Source: Octopus bimaculoides
Lineage: Eukaryota
NCBI RefSeq assembly: GCF_001194135.2
Contig: NC_068987.1
Location: 45,136,636 to 45,170,974, forward strand
Direction of reading: 5' to 3'
Length of the DNA stretch: 34,339 nucleotides
Shown here: positions 1-10,752 of the stretch, piece by piece
Layout of the letters: the number at the start of each line of letters is the position of its first letter
How positions within the stretch are numbered: the first letter of the stretch is position 1
Notes under the pieces: generated by a model
Told to the model about the DNA's origin: nothing
What the model saw: the letters and a program-made list of their open reading frames with translations, nothing else
Databases searched by the model: none
Position numbers and translations under genes: made by a program

Positions 1-150
1 TGTTGACCACTAACGTGGACATTTAATGTGCTAGAAATAGATCACATCTTGTGTCTAAAAAGACCTAAATTGTTCTCAACATGAAATATAGCATGATACC
101 AAAACGTAAGCGGGCAAAACATTTAAAATCACCGAAAAGGAACATTATTA

Positions 151-212
151 AACAGGTACCGGTTTCAAATTTAACAATCTTACCGACTGTCTATTTCTCT
201 TCAGCCTGATTT
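151..212 (-). ncRNA. Minimal type-I hammerhead ribozyme motif (PLE/retrozyme type), intact core
   Basis: Minus strand reads aatcagg-CTGAAGA-gaaata gacagtc ggtaa gattgtt aaattt-GAAA-CCGG-TA-cctgttt. Stem I cagg/cctg, stem II hairpin, palindromic ACCGGT at stem III, GUA cleavage triplet. Confidence 0.7.
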
Positions 213-351
213 GTAATGGAACCATAATCATCAGGACCCCATACAAAGTTGCCCACCGCCATAGGTGCGCGTGTATATGGTTCTGCTAATTACAGCTTAA
301 TGGTAAAATTCAAAAGTCTTCGTTTTGGCGCGCTAATTCCAGGAATGTAGT

Positions 352-687
352 TGTGGCTGATGCCAGTGTCGCATAACTGATCCATTTAAAAGCATCCTTC
401 AATCGACAGGCAATATGCTGTGCTTGTGAAGACCTGTTGAACCAAGTGAAATCATAATCATGGCTGATGCCAGTGTCACCTGACTGGCTCCTGTGCTGGT
501 GGTATGTAAAAAGCACCTACTACACTCTTGGAGTGGTTGGCATTAGGAAGGGCATCTAGCTGTAGAAACCTGGCCAAATCAGATTGGAGCCTGGTGCAGC
601 CTCCAAGCTTGCCAGTCTCCAGTCAAACCGTTCAACCCATGTCAGCATGAAAAGCAAATGTTAAACGACGATGATGATGATGATGAT
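352..687 (+). mobile_element. RTE-clade LINE, 3' UTR-only fragment with (GAT)n tail
   Basis: Matches the 3' end of the RT-bearing copy at 3374-4379 (ggagtggttggcattaggaagggcatctagctgtagaaac...ttaaacgacgatgatgat). Confidence 0.85.
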
Positions 688-1454
688 ATGTATATATAAT
701 ATACATAATGAGAGAGAGGAAGAATGCTTTTTTAGCATTTAAATATGTTAAATTTTCTTCATTTTTTGTTCCTTTTTGTTTTTATATATTTCAACCCCCA
801 CCTTTGTGATTCTATTGTGAATATCGTGACGCATGTGTGTTTGTATGCCCTTCCCACTATGCATTTCCCATACCTCATCCACTCATTTTTCCTGTCTTCC
901 CCCTAGACTATCGTTATTTAACCTATCTTAGATTATTCTAATACTTGAACTCTAGCCTGATATTCATGAGAAAGTAGCTATTAATAACTGGCCAATTAGA
1001 ATGATACATTTTAATACAAATAAATTGCTATTTTCTGTATCAACTATTGATCATGCTAACCAGACAACCTGCAATTACACACACACACACCTGGCTATAT
1101 ACTTACACTCATACATAACATACTTTAATACTATTCACTTCTTCTACCACTCACACAATTAAACAGTCTCACACACGCACACACACAAATCTAAAAATCA
1201 GAAGCAATCAAGCCAATTAACACTACCTCACCACATCCTCCTTCTTTTCACTTACAAGGCAACCCAAAATGCAAAACCTGAGATGTTATCTCCAATTTTA
1301 ACTGCCATGTTCAGCTTGAAGATTTCCTTTTGCTCAGGTGGAAACAATTAGTAACCATGAGATGAGACATTGAGACACTTTGCAGTTGCCACAATTTAGT
1401 TTTCTGCACAAGTCACCTGCTTTGAGTTCTCTGTAGTTCAACATACCCACCATC

Positions 1455-1570
1455 GTTGTTGCTGTTGTTGCCATTGCTGTCACCATCATCATTGTCATAA
1501 TGTACACTTTTCTATGCTTGCATGGGTCAGATGGAATTCATTGAGGCAGATTTTTCAATAGTTGGATGTT
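1455..1570 (-). mobile_element. Degenerate RTE-like 3' end or RTE-tailed SINE remnant
   Basis: catcatcattgtcataatgtacacttttctatgcttgcatgggtcagatgg resembles catcatcatcgtttaacgtccgctttccatgctagcatgggttgga at 34120. Confidence 0.5.
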
Positions 1571-1667
1571 TTGACATTGTTGTGTTTCTTCAGTGAAAGT
1601 TACCTCCATATGAAATCATGTGGAGTTGGTTGCATGGGTGTACTTATTATCTATTGATTATGATTAC

Positions 1668-1745
1668 CTGTATGTATGTATGTATGTATGTATGTATGTA
1701 TGTATGTATGTTTGTGTGTGTGTGTGTGTGTGTGTGCGTGCGTGT
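1668..1745. repeat. Compound microsatellite (TGTA)n-(TG)n
   Basis: Directly visible tandem repeats. Confidence 0.95.
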
Positions 1746-1794
1746 GTGCACACATGTGCATGTTTGATACATATTATTAAACACACAGACATAT

Positions 1795-1930
1795 ACATTC
1801 TTTCTACTATAGCCACAAAGCCTGACATTCTGAGTGAAGGGCGCTAGTTGATTATGTTGGGTCCAATACTCAACTGGTACTTATTTTATCAACCCAAAAC
1901 AGGATACTGACTCTGGTGGGATTTGAACTT
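1795..1930 (-). mobile_element. Degenerate tRNA-derived SINE fragment
   Basis: ctggtacttattttatcaaccc...ggatttgaact matches the reverse complement of the SINEs at 32608-33048. Confidence 0.6.
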
Positions 1931-2779
1931 GTCACATATACATTGATCTAATATGTTTAGAAAGAAATCATAAATTTTTATTCCATTGAAAACTTTATAA
2001 CAGAAATGACATCTTGAAAGTATTTCAACTCCAATGTAAACAGCTTGTGCATTGCTTATATGAGACATATAAAAGGTATAGTAATAATAGCGCTAAGCAG
2101 TGTTAAGAGGTTAATAATCTTTAAGTTAATTCAAATATTTGACTCTTTTGCTGAACCACTAAGTTACAGGCAAGGGGGGTACTAGGGAACAAGTTACCGC
2201 ATTTTTCCATCTTTTGTCCCCCTACTTTTTCCCAGTTATGGGCATATATTACTTGTTTTCAATCGGTTTTGAATTTTGTTTGTTCCATTTGCTAAAAATT
2301 AAAGAAGATCAACTCATCAATAATTTGAATGAGAATTGTATAACATTTTTATTTGTATTTGTCTCACTAAGTGAATATAGATAAATAAACAGTGCATTGT
2401 TTATCAAACTCACAATGGAAATACAAACAATTTTATTTTCTACTCTTGAATTTCAGCTGCTTCTGTTTTTTTTTGTTTTTTTTGTAGTATATAATATCTT
2501 CAATTGTTAACATCTCAGACAATATTTTCGTTGATCACAACACTTATATAAAAAAATCACCTTTTTCAAGTGAGTTTTTTTCTGCACACACAAAATATAT
2601 ATANNNNNNNNNNNNNNNNNNNNNNNNNNNNNNNNNNNNNNNNNNNNNNNNNNNNNNNNNNNNNNNNNNNNNNNNNNNNNNNNNNNNNNNNNNNNNNNNN
2701 NNNNNNNNNNNNNNNNNNNNNNNNNNNNNNNNNNNNNNNNNNNNNNNNNNNNNNNNNNTATAATATATATATATATATA

Positions 2780-3373
2780 TAATATTATTACAAATTTGGG
2801 ATTTTACCAATAGGACCACAACTTCAATTTCAGGACAACCTTATTTTCTGGAGTACACATAGAAAGTTATATCCAAAATACTAATCTAATAATATAATCA
2901 TTTTAAATCCTACTATATCGCACAATAAAATATCATGGAAGTTTGCCTTCCATTTTATTCTATTTAAAAATTCTTAATTTGATCTATTAGATTTATTGTG
3001 TATTCTCTCTTACTGGGAATAGGTATATCCTTCAATGATGAGGTCCAGTCTATTGGTTCAATCCTACCTGATAGGTCCATAACCGACATGTGTCAGAAAT
3101 ACTAAAGGTGTAGCTGATAGTATAATATAATATTTATGAATATTTTTTTAAAAACTTAAGGGAATAATAATTATTCTAGGTTATCAGGATATTTACTATT
3201 TTGCACTTTACTAATGCAAAGCAAACAGTATCAATTATAATATTATTACAAATTTGGAATTTTACCAATAGGACCATAACTTCAATTTCAGGACAACCTT
3301 ATTTCCTGGAGTACACATAGAAAGTTATATCCAAAATACTAATCTAATAATATAATCATTTTAAATCCTACTA
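2780..3373. repeat. 136-bp direct repeat pair (2780-2915 and 3238-3373), period 458 bp
   Basis: taatattattacaaatttgg...ttttaaatcctacta occurs twice; I count 3 mismatches. Confidence 0.9.
3031..3098 (+). ncRNA. Degenerate hammerhead relic (probably inactive)
   Basis: aTGATGA-ggt...tctattgg...ctgatagg...acc-GA-CATGTGTC-agaa. C3 is mutated and two A of GAAA are missing; stem II pairing is retained. Confidence 0.4.
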
Positions 3374-4379
3374 AATGGATGCTCTGAGAGTGTAGCTGCT
3401 AAAGTAAGAATAGCCAGGGAAAAGTTCAGAAAGCTCCTACTTCTGCTAGTGACAAAGGGCCTCTCGCTCGGAGTAAAAAGTAGACTGTATGATGCATGTG
3501 TGCAGACAGCCATGCTACATGGCAGTGAAACATGGGCCGTGACTGCTGAAAACATGTGTAAACTTGCAAGGAATGAAGCTAGTATGCTTCACTGGATGTA
3601 CAGTGTGCATACACAACAGAGTGTAAGTGCCCCGAGAGAAAAGTTGGATATAAGAAGCATCAGATGTGGTGTGCAAGAGAGACGACTGCACTGGTATGAT
3701 CATGTGTTGCATATGGATGAGAACTGCTATGTGAAAGTGTCATGCCCTAGCAGTAGAGGGAACCTGTGGAAGTGGTAGACCCAGGAAGACCTGGGATGAG
3801 GTGGTGAAGCACGACCATTGAATGTTGGGCCTCATGGAGGCGATGACAAGTGACCCAGACCTTTGGAGATATGCTGTGCTTGAGAAGACTCAGCAAGCCA
3901 AGTGAGACCATAACCGTGGCCTATGCCAGTGCAGCATAACCAGCCCATTTAAGAGTACCCTTCAATCATTGGGAAATAAGCTGCACTTGCGGAGACCTGT
4001 TGAGTCAAGTGAAGTCATTGTCATGGTCGATGACAGTACCGCATGATTGGCACCCATGTTGGTGGCACATAAAAAGCACCATTCGAGTGTGATCATTGCC
4101 AGTGCTGGCTGACTGGTCCCATGCCAGTGGCATGTAAAAAGCACCATTCGAGTGTGGTTGATGCCAGTACCGCCTGACTGGCCTCACCTGGTGGCCTGTA
4201 AAAAGCACCCACCACACTCTCGGAGTGGTTGGCATTAGGAAGGGCATTCAGCTGTAGAAACTTTGCCAAGTCAGATTGGAGCCTGGTGCAGCCTTCTGGC
4301 TTGCCAGCCCTCAGTTAAACCATCCAACCTATGTTAGCATGGAAAGTGGACATTAAACGACGACGATGATGATGATGAT
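3374..4379 (+). mobile_element. 5'-truncated RTE-clade LINE (post-RT thumb region, 3' UTR, (GAT)n tail)
   Basis: Translation KGLSLGVKSRLYDACVQTAMLHGSETWAVT...RNEASMLHWM...QERRLHWYDHV is typical of RTE ORF C-termini. 3' UTR has internal subrepeats and a (GAT)n tail. Confidence 0.9.
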
Positions 4380-4458
4380 ATATATAAATAGGATATATTT
4401 TTCGTAATGAGATAAAAAAACCAAGGCTGTGTATAATATAGAACATTTATAAATTGAA

Positions 4459-4508
4459 TGTCTTACAGCTGTTTCCAGGATATTTATTATATCCCTTCAT
4501 TGGAGACA
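4459..4508 (-). ncRNA. Hammerhead relic with mutated core (CCAATGA)
   Basis: Minus strand tgtct-CCAATGA-a-gggatat aataa atatcct-g-GAAA-CAGCTG-TA-agaca. Stems I and II and palindromic stem III are present; two core substitutions. Confidence 0.55.
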
Positions 4509-4619
4509 GTATGAGAGGATGATTAAGCAATAGTTAGTTTAGTTAAGATAAGAAATAGAGAGTGAATGTAGGGATATTGTATTTGTAAATCCATTGTTTA
4601 GGCAGAATGGTATACATAT

Positions 4620-4742
4620 AAGATTCCAATACCTTGTGAGTAAGATCCAATTGTTTTTAAGATTGGTCGTTGGCTTTGTAAATTAAGGTTCCAATATCCT
4701 ATGAGTAAGGTCCAACAGTCTTTGAAATTGGTCATTCCAAAT
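4620..4742. repeat. Degenerate ~66-bp tandem duplication
   Basis: aagattccaataccttgtgagtaagatccaattgtttttaagattggtc versus aaggttccaatatcctatgagtaaggtccaacagtctttgaaattggtc. Confidence 0.7.
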
Positions 4743-4789
4743 ACAGAGTTTATATACAGTGTTATTGAATCAAGGGTTCTGTTCAAAGT

Positions 4790-4885
4790 GACCTGGTTGT
4801 GCGGGGACAAACACACAACACACACACATGGACACACATATATACGATTGGCTTCTTTCTGTTTCCATCTACCAAATACACACAT
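4790..4885 (-). mobile_element. SINE internal fragment (family of 6054-6468)
   Basis: ggcttctttctgtttccatctacc is the reverse complement of ggtagacggaaactgaaagaagcc in the full copy. Confidence 0.7.
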
Positions 4886-5507
4886 CTCTAACTCTCTCTN
4901 NNNNNNNNNNNNNNNNNNNNNNNNNNNNNNNNNNNNNNNNNNNNNNNNNNNNNNNNNNNNNNNNNNNNNNNNNNNNNNNNNNNNNNNNNNNNNNNNNNNN
5001 NNNNNNNNNNNNNNNNNNNNNNNNNNNNNNNNNNNNNNNNNNNNNNNNNNNNNNNNNNTAGGGATATGGATATTATTTGCTCACTGTCGCCAAGCATCTC
5101 AATTCATTCGTTGTAACTAGTTTGTGATTGAGATATTTTAGTTTGCAAGGTACTACTTTTCCCTTGAGTTTATGATTTCAGAGAAAGGTAAGAAGTTCTT
5201 CATATTTTGCATCTTTAGTATTTTGACTTTACAGTTTGAATTGTTGAATTATCTATCCAATCGAAATCTTGCAGCTGCTAACAGTGAAATATAGAATTTA
5301 AAAAAAGGCTTTTTTGACTGAGAACAAGTCTTTGAGAACATTTACGTCTATTTTTCAAAAATATATAATTTGAAATAGTTTGCTTTTGTTTTGAACTGGA
5401 AATTTTTTGTATTTAATTCATATGAGTATTTGTTAAAGATTTTTTTTTAAAGATTCTAATATAACTTGATTTGAAATGGATATTTGTGGATATTTTAATG
5501 TAGTTAT

Positions 5508-5690
5508 GAAAATGATACTGTTCTTTCTCAGGAAAGCTCCAAAACAAAGAATACAAAAAAATCAAACCAAGCTAATGTGAATCCTTCAATGTCCATCATG
5601 TCTTGTGAACCTTCTCTGTACCAATTGATTGTGAAAATGATAATGTTCTTTCTCAGGAAAGCTCCAAAAAAAGTGCTAAAAAAATCAAGC
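5508..5690 (+). repeat. ~127-bp-period duplication upstream of the TTF finger
   Basis: gaaaatgata(c/a)tgttctttctcaggaaagctccaaaa...aaaaaatcaa(a/g)ccaag occurs twice. Confidence 0.75.
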
Positions 5691-6053
5691 CAAGATATTG
5701 TATCTCCCTCAACTTCCTTCGTAATTGAACCTGTTGAATGTTATGAAAGCTGACCTATACCGATGGAACCTTATCATCCAGATGTGACTGTGATACCTGT
5801 TCAAAAACTGCCAAACAAGATACTACAGTTTCAGTCAAAGTGGTTCCAGGTTTATAATTGGCTGCATTATGATACTAAATTGAAAGGAGTTGTTTGTCAC
5901 ACTTGTTCATATGCACATCAAAACAAACTAATAAACTTGGCTAAATTCTCTGATAATGCTTTTATTTTAAGAGGCTTCAAAAACTGGAAAAAGGCTTACG
6001 AAAAATTTGTTTCTCATGAAAAGTCAAACACTCATAAACTTGCAGCTGGCATA

Positions 6054-6468
6054 GGCGCAGGAGTAACTGTGTGGTAAGTAGCTTGCTTACCAACCACATG
6101 GTTCCGGGTTCAGTCCCACTGCGTGGCACCTTGGGCAAGTGTCTTCCACTATAGCCTCGGGCCGACCAAAGCCTTGTGAGTGGATTTGGTAGACGGAAAC
6201 TGAAAGAAGCCCGTTGTGTATATGTATATATATATATGTGTGTGTGTGTGTGTTTGTTTCTGTGTTTGTCTCCCCACCAACGCTTGACAATCGATGGTGG
6301 TGTGTTTACGTCCCCGTAACTTAGCGGTTCGGCAAAAGAGACCGATAGAATAAGTACTAGGCTTACAAAGAATAAGTCCTGGGGTCGATTTGCTCAACTA
6401 AAGGCGGTGCTTCAGCATGGCCGCAGTCAAATGACTGAAACAAATAAAAGAGTAAAAGAGTAAAGAGT
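6054..6468 (+). mobile_element. Full-length tRNA-derived SINE (octopus-type; OK/OR family assignment uncertain)
   Basis: A-box-like ctgtgtggtaag, B-box-like ggttcagtccc, central (TA)n(TG)n, tail aaatgactgaaacaaataaaagagtaaaagag. Retains many CpGs and splits the hAT ORF. Confidence 0.9.
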
Positions 6469-8361
6469 CAAACTTGAACCAAGCCCACTGTGGTAATCAA
6501 AATAAAGCAAGACATGCTTTACTTAAGATGAGGGCAACTTCATGGAGCTGTTAAATCTTCGATGTGAAGATGTACAGGAGCTAAGGGTTTGGTTGAACAG
6601 AAAACATAGCTACACCAGTGCTGAAATCCAAAATGATATCTTAAAAACAATGAGCCATATGATTTTGAAAGGAATAATAAAGAAAATTAACAAAGAATCT
6701 AAGCAATTTCAAAAAATTATTGATGGTACACAAGATATTCAGGGTAAAGAATAGGAGGTCATTTGTGTTCGTCATGTGAATGATTATTTTGAAATTAAAG
6801 AAGATGTATTAGAAATCTACTATATAGATAGTACAACTGGTAAATCTCTTTGTCAAATGACTCTTGATATACTTCTACACCTTAAATTACTAATGCAAAA
6901 TCTTTGATGCCAGACATATGATGGTGCAGCTAATATAGCAGGTAAACGTCTTGGTTGTCAAGCAGAAATAAAGAAGATTCAGCCTCTAGCCCATTATGTG
7001 CACTGTGCCGCTCATGTTTCTCAACTTTTTATAGCTAAGTCTGTTCAACAAGCTTCATTTATCAAAAATGCTCTCAATTATGTGAATGAATTAGGGAAAC
7101 TACATAGTACATCAGGGAAATTTAAGCATGTGTATTTATCACAACATTATGAAGAAAATGAAGTATCGTCATCATGCTCCTTAAAACCTGTGTGCCCTAG
7201 TCAATGGCTAACATGAATTTCTACAGTCAAAACCCTTCTTGAAAATTGTTCAGATGTCTACATTCCTTTACAAGAGGCAACAAATGAGTTTGGCACCAAC
7301 ATTGCATCCAGAGCTAATGGTATTTTTATGTGTCTCTCTACAGGCCAATGTGTTCTTGTATTGCATGTTGTAGTTCCATTACTCCAACTCCTTGAAGGAT
7401 GGAACAGATCTTCTCAAAGTACCACCGTCAGTCTAAGTGGCATGTTGCATAGTGTCAAACTGGTGCAGGAGGAGCTAAAAAACCTACACAGTGAAGAAAA
7501 ATTTCAGGAGCTGTTAAATACAGCAGAAAAAATGAATTATCAACTCGATATTTCTCCTTTGGAGCTACCCTGGCAACAAAAAAGTTCCTAAAAGACACCA
7601 AGAAGGAAATATGTTAAAATATCAACACTGCACTGTTTAGGATCATTACAGAGTGCAGTAATTGCAGGTAGTGAATACTACAATAGCAAATTTGAAAGAT
7701 TATGTCTTTTTACAGGCTTTAACAGATTATGAAAAACTAAGCAATATTTTACTCAATGGAAATTTTTATGCTGATGTGATCATGCAGTATCCAGAGCTTG
7801 ACAAATTTTCTTTAAGGAACGAAATACATTTTTATAGAAATTATCATAGTGGATCATATCTTGAGGATCATCGTAAAATATTCGGTGAAATGCAACCAGA
7901 AGTCCATCACGTATTTCCAAATGTTGAGTGATTAATCAGGCTACTTTTAGTGTTTCCAACCAGTTCTTGTGAAGCTGAAAGATCTTATAGCACTCTGCGG
8001 AGACTCAAAACTTGGCTGCAATCGACCATGACTCACCAAAGGTTGAATCATATTCTAATATGCCATGTTCATAAAGATGTTTTGAAAAAGATTAGTTGTG
8101 AAGAAGTTACTGAATTATTTATTGACAGCAATGATGCGAGATATAATACATTTGGAAAGTTCTAAAGGACAATAAATTTACTTTATATTTTTTTATTCAA
8201 ACGTCTATGTTTATTTTTTGTTTATTTGATATAATAAATTCTTTTTAAGCTTATTTTTTTTATATCTGAACTTCATTTGAATATATAAAATTTAATTAGC
8301 ATAAAATTTTATTTATGCAACAGGGTGCATGCATGCATGCATTCATGCATTCATGCATACA

Positions 8362-8545
8362 TACATACATACATATGACAGGCTTCTTTTAGTTTCTGTC
8401 TACCAAATCCACTCACAAGGCTTTGGTTGGCCCAAGGCTACAGTAGAAGACACTTACTTACCCAAGGTGCCACACAGTAGGACTGAACCCAAAACCATGT
8501 GGTTGAGAAGGAAGCTTCTTACCACATAGCCACACTTGCACCTTA
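8362..8545 (-). mobile_element. SINE 5' half (family of 6054-6468)
   Basis: Reverse complement of the tRNA-like head through ggtagacagaaact. Confidence 0.85.
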
Positions 8546-8832
8546 CTTTAGAATTTCTTTAGATATTTGGTGAGTCCAGAAAATGAAGGCGCATGCATGT
8601 TAATATTCTTAAGTTATTACACCTGGAACAGTACAGAACAAGATTTCTACAGTAGAATTTGCCTAATTCGTCACCTCTAAAAGAAACTAAAAAGTACCAG
8701 CCAAGAATAACATTTTAAAAATTTACTATATCTTATTANNNNNNNNNNNNNNNNNNNNNNNNNNNNNNNNNNNNNNNNNNNNNNNNNNNNNNNNNNNNNN
8801 NNNNNNNNNNNNNNNNNNNNNNNNNNNNNNNN

Positions 8833-9003
8833 AAAAAAAAAAAATTATTTAAGGAAAATAATTTAAGTCTGTATTTGCAAAAAATAGTATTTTAAAAAAT
8901 GAAATAAAATAAAATTAATTTCATTTTATTTCATTTTTTTAAATACTACTTTTTCCAAATACAGACTTAAATTATTTTCCTTAAATAATTTTTTTTTTTT
9001 TTT
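8833..9003. repeat. AT-rich foldback with ~80-bp imperfect arms
   Basis: aaattatttaaggaaaataatttaagtctgtatttg...aaatgaaataaaat pairs with attttatttcattt...caaatacagacttaaattattttccttaaataattt; short central spacer. Confidence 0.85.
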
Positions 9004-9094
9004 CTGCAAATAATAAAAATTATTGGGGCTATACATGAACAGAGTTTCTGAATATAAGCCCATAGGCTTAAAATCAGATGGACTTATTTTTGGA

Positions 9095-9246
9095 AAAACC
9101 CAAAGCCTTGTGAGTGGATTTGGTAGACAGAAACTAAAAGAAGCCTGTCATATATATGTATGTATATATTTATGTGTGTGTGTGTCCATGTTTGTCCCCC
9201 ACCATTGCTTGACAACTGATGTTGGTGTGTTTAGGTCCCTGTAACC
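9095..9246 (+). mobile_element. SINE internal fragment
   Basis: caaagccttgtgagtggatttggtagacagaaactaaaagaagcc...ggtgtgtttaggtccctgtaac matches 6165-6320. Confidence 0.85.
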
Positions 9247-9323
9247 AGAGACCTCATTTGCCTTAAAAATGTGATGGGGACAAAATGTTCTATATGACAC
9301 ATTCTACCAGTATCTGAAGTTTC

Positions 9324-9492
9324 AAACTGTCTGTTGTTATTAAATGTTTTCCAAAGAACTGTCTGTTGTTGTTAAATATTTTAAAAGAAAAAGAAACAAA
9401 AAAAAAACTGTTTGTTGTTAAATGTTTTAAAAGAAAAAGAAACAAAAAAAAATGTTTGTTGTTAAATGTTTTAAAAGAAAAAGAAACAAAAT
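9324..9492. repeat. Minisatellite, ~43-48 bp unit, about 3.5 copies
   Basis: gtttgttgttaaatgttttaaaagaaaaagaaacaaaa repeated with variable A-runs. Confidence 0.85.
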
Positions 9493-9729
9493 TTACTTTG
9501 ACTATACGCAACGGTTCTGTTTTGTTGTTGGCGGCTCTTCTGGCTTCACTGCTGCTTCTTTTGTTCTGGGCGGTTTGACTGGCTGAGCATTGGTGCACAC
9601 GGTTTTCTGTGCTTGCAAATTGCAGGCAGTTTGTCTTGGAACCCAAGGTGGTATCAGAGGGCTGCATGTGGTGTAACAGTATGTATGTAGTGTCACGTGT
9701 ATATCCCTGAAATCGATTGTATGTGCTAT

Positions 9730-9924
9730 TCTCTCCCTTTTGACTTCACATATTTGAGATCTCAATTTATTTTCTACTGAACCAAATTTCAAATTTTATC
9801 ACTCAAAATGTAGCTTAGGAAGAGACCAATCTAAAAATGTATTAACATCATCAAATTTGGTAAACAAACTGAATTGGCGACAAAGCCTAGAAGTGGTTGT
9901 AAGTGAATAAATGTTGACCTTAAG
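9730..9924. mobile_element. Unclassified DNA-transposon-like repeat end, copy 1 of 3
   Basis: ttttctactgaaccaa...ctaaaaatgta...gacaaagcctagaagtggttgt...aatgttgaccttaa is shared with 10968-11382 and 13061-13613. Confidence 0.75.
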
Positions 9925-10084
9925 AATATTATTCACACAGAGTAGTGTGTGAATAATATTCATTACAATATAGTGCATTCTATGAATATGAGGTAGATCA
10001 TTGCAAAATACTTAAACACTGAATTGAGTGAAACGTTTGCAATATTGGTTTCCAATTTTGGCAGAAGGCCTTCAAATCAGAAGG

Positions 10085-10230
10085 GGAGGAAAGTTGATTT
10101 TACTGAGTACCAAAAAGATAAATGGCAAAGATGACCCTGGCGGAATTTGAACTCAGAATGTAGAGACAGATTAAATGCTGTGAAGCTTTCACCCTGCCTG
10201 TTAATGACTTTGCCAGCTTGTCGTCTTGGC
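10085..10230 (-). mobile_element. Degenerate SINE (family of 32836-33048)
   Basis: ggcaaagatgaccctggcggaatttgaactcagaatgtagagacag...ttgccagcttgtcgtctt. Confidence 0.75.
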
Positions 10231-10547
10231 ATAAGTAATAATATCACTTGAAAATTGTTTTACGTACTTTTGGCACATTTAGCAGTACTTTTTGGTTAGC
10301 TCACCCCCATTAAAAATTGGGTTATCTCCCCACGTTTTATAAGAAATATCGGTACTTTTGGTTATCTCCCTCAACTAATAAGATTGTTTAATCTACAATA
10401 AATAAAAAAAAGAAAAAAGTAATAAGCATGAAAAGTGAAAAGATGAAACATCATTTTGAATCTGATAACATTTTTATAACAAATCATACAAAACTAAAAA
10501 GATTAATAAACAGCAAAACTGAAAAAATTGAAACATCTTACTGAATC

Positions 10548-10752
10548 TCTACTTGTTTCAGTCATTTGACTGCAGCCATGTTGGAGCACCACTTTTAGTC
10601 AAACAAATCGACTTATTCTTTATAAGCCTATTATTTATTCTACCAGTCTCTTGTGCCAAACCGCTAGGTTACGGGGACGTAAACACCAACATCGGCTGTC
10701 AAGCAATGGTGGGGGAGGGGGACAAACACAAACACACAAATACATGCATACA

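Larger units (their letters stand above)
5500..8325 (+). pseudogene. Decayed hAT transposase of the Tip100/Zaphod (ZMYM1-like, DUF4371) type, interrupted by a SINE
   Basis: TTF-type Zn finger (FQSKWF..YNWLHY...VCHTC...GFKNWKKA..KFVSHEKSNTH, 5763-6050); EGNFMELL; YTSAEIQNDIL; catalytic-type IIDGTQD and QTYDGAAN; HCAAH; C-terminal dimerisation motif CEAERSYSTLRRLKTWLQSTMTHQRL ending at stop 8165. Many stops and frameshifts; TIRs not identified. Confidence 0.9.

Noticed and set aside
1620-1847. ORFs with YVCM, YI or TH runs (also 10553-11100, 14619-15004, 28218-28516)
   Set aside because: Translations of microsatellites and SINE bodies.
4050-4215. Regularly spaced short repeats resembling a CRISPR array
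   Set aside because: Eukaryotic LINE 3' UTR subrepeats; the intervening sequences resemble each other and there are no cas genes.
6054-6130. tRNA genes at SINE heads
   Set aside because: Only A/B-box-like motifs attached to SINE bodies; no full cloverleaf.
5763-8165. Host ZMYM1/THAP12-like gene
   Set aside because: Numerous stops, frameshifts, a deletion and a SINE insertion, with no splice structure to rescue the frame.
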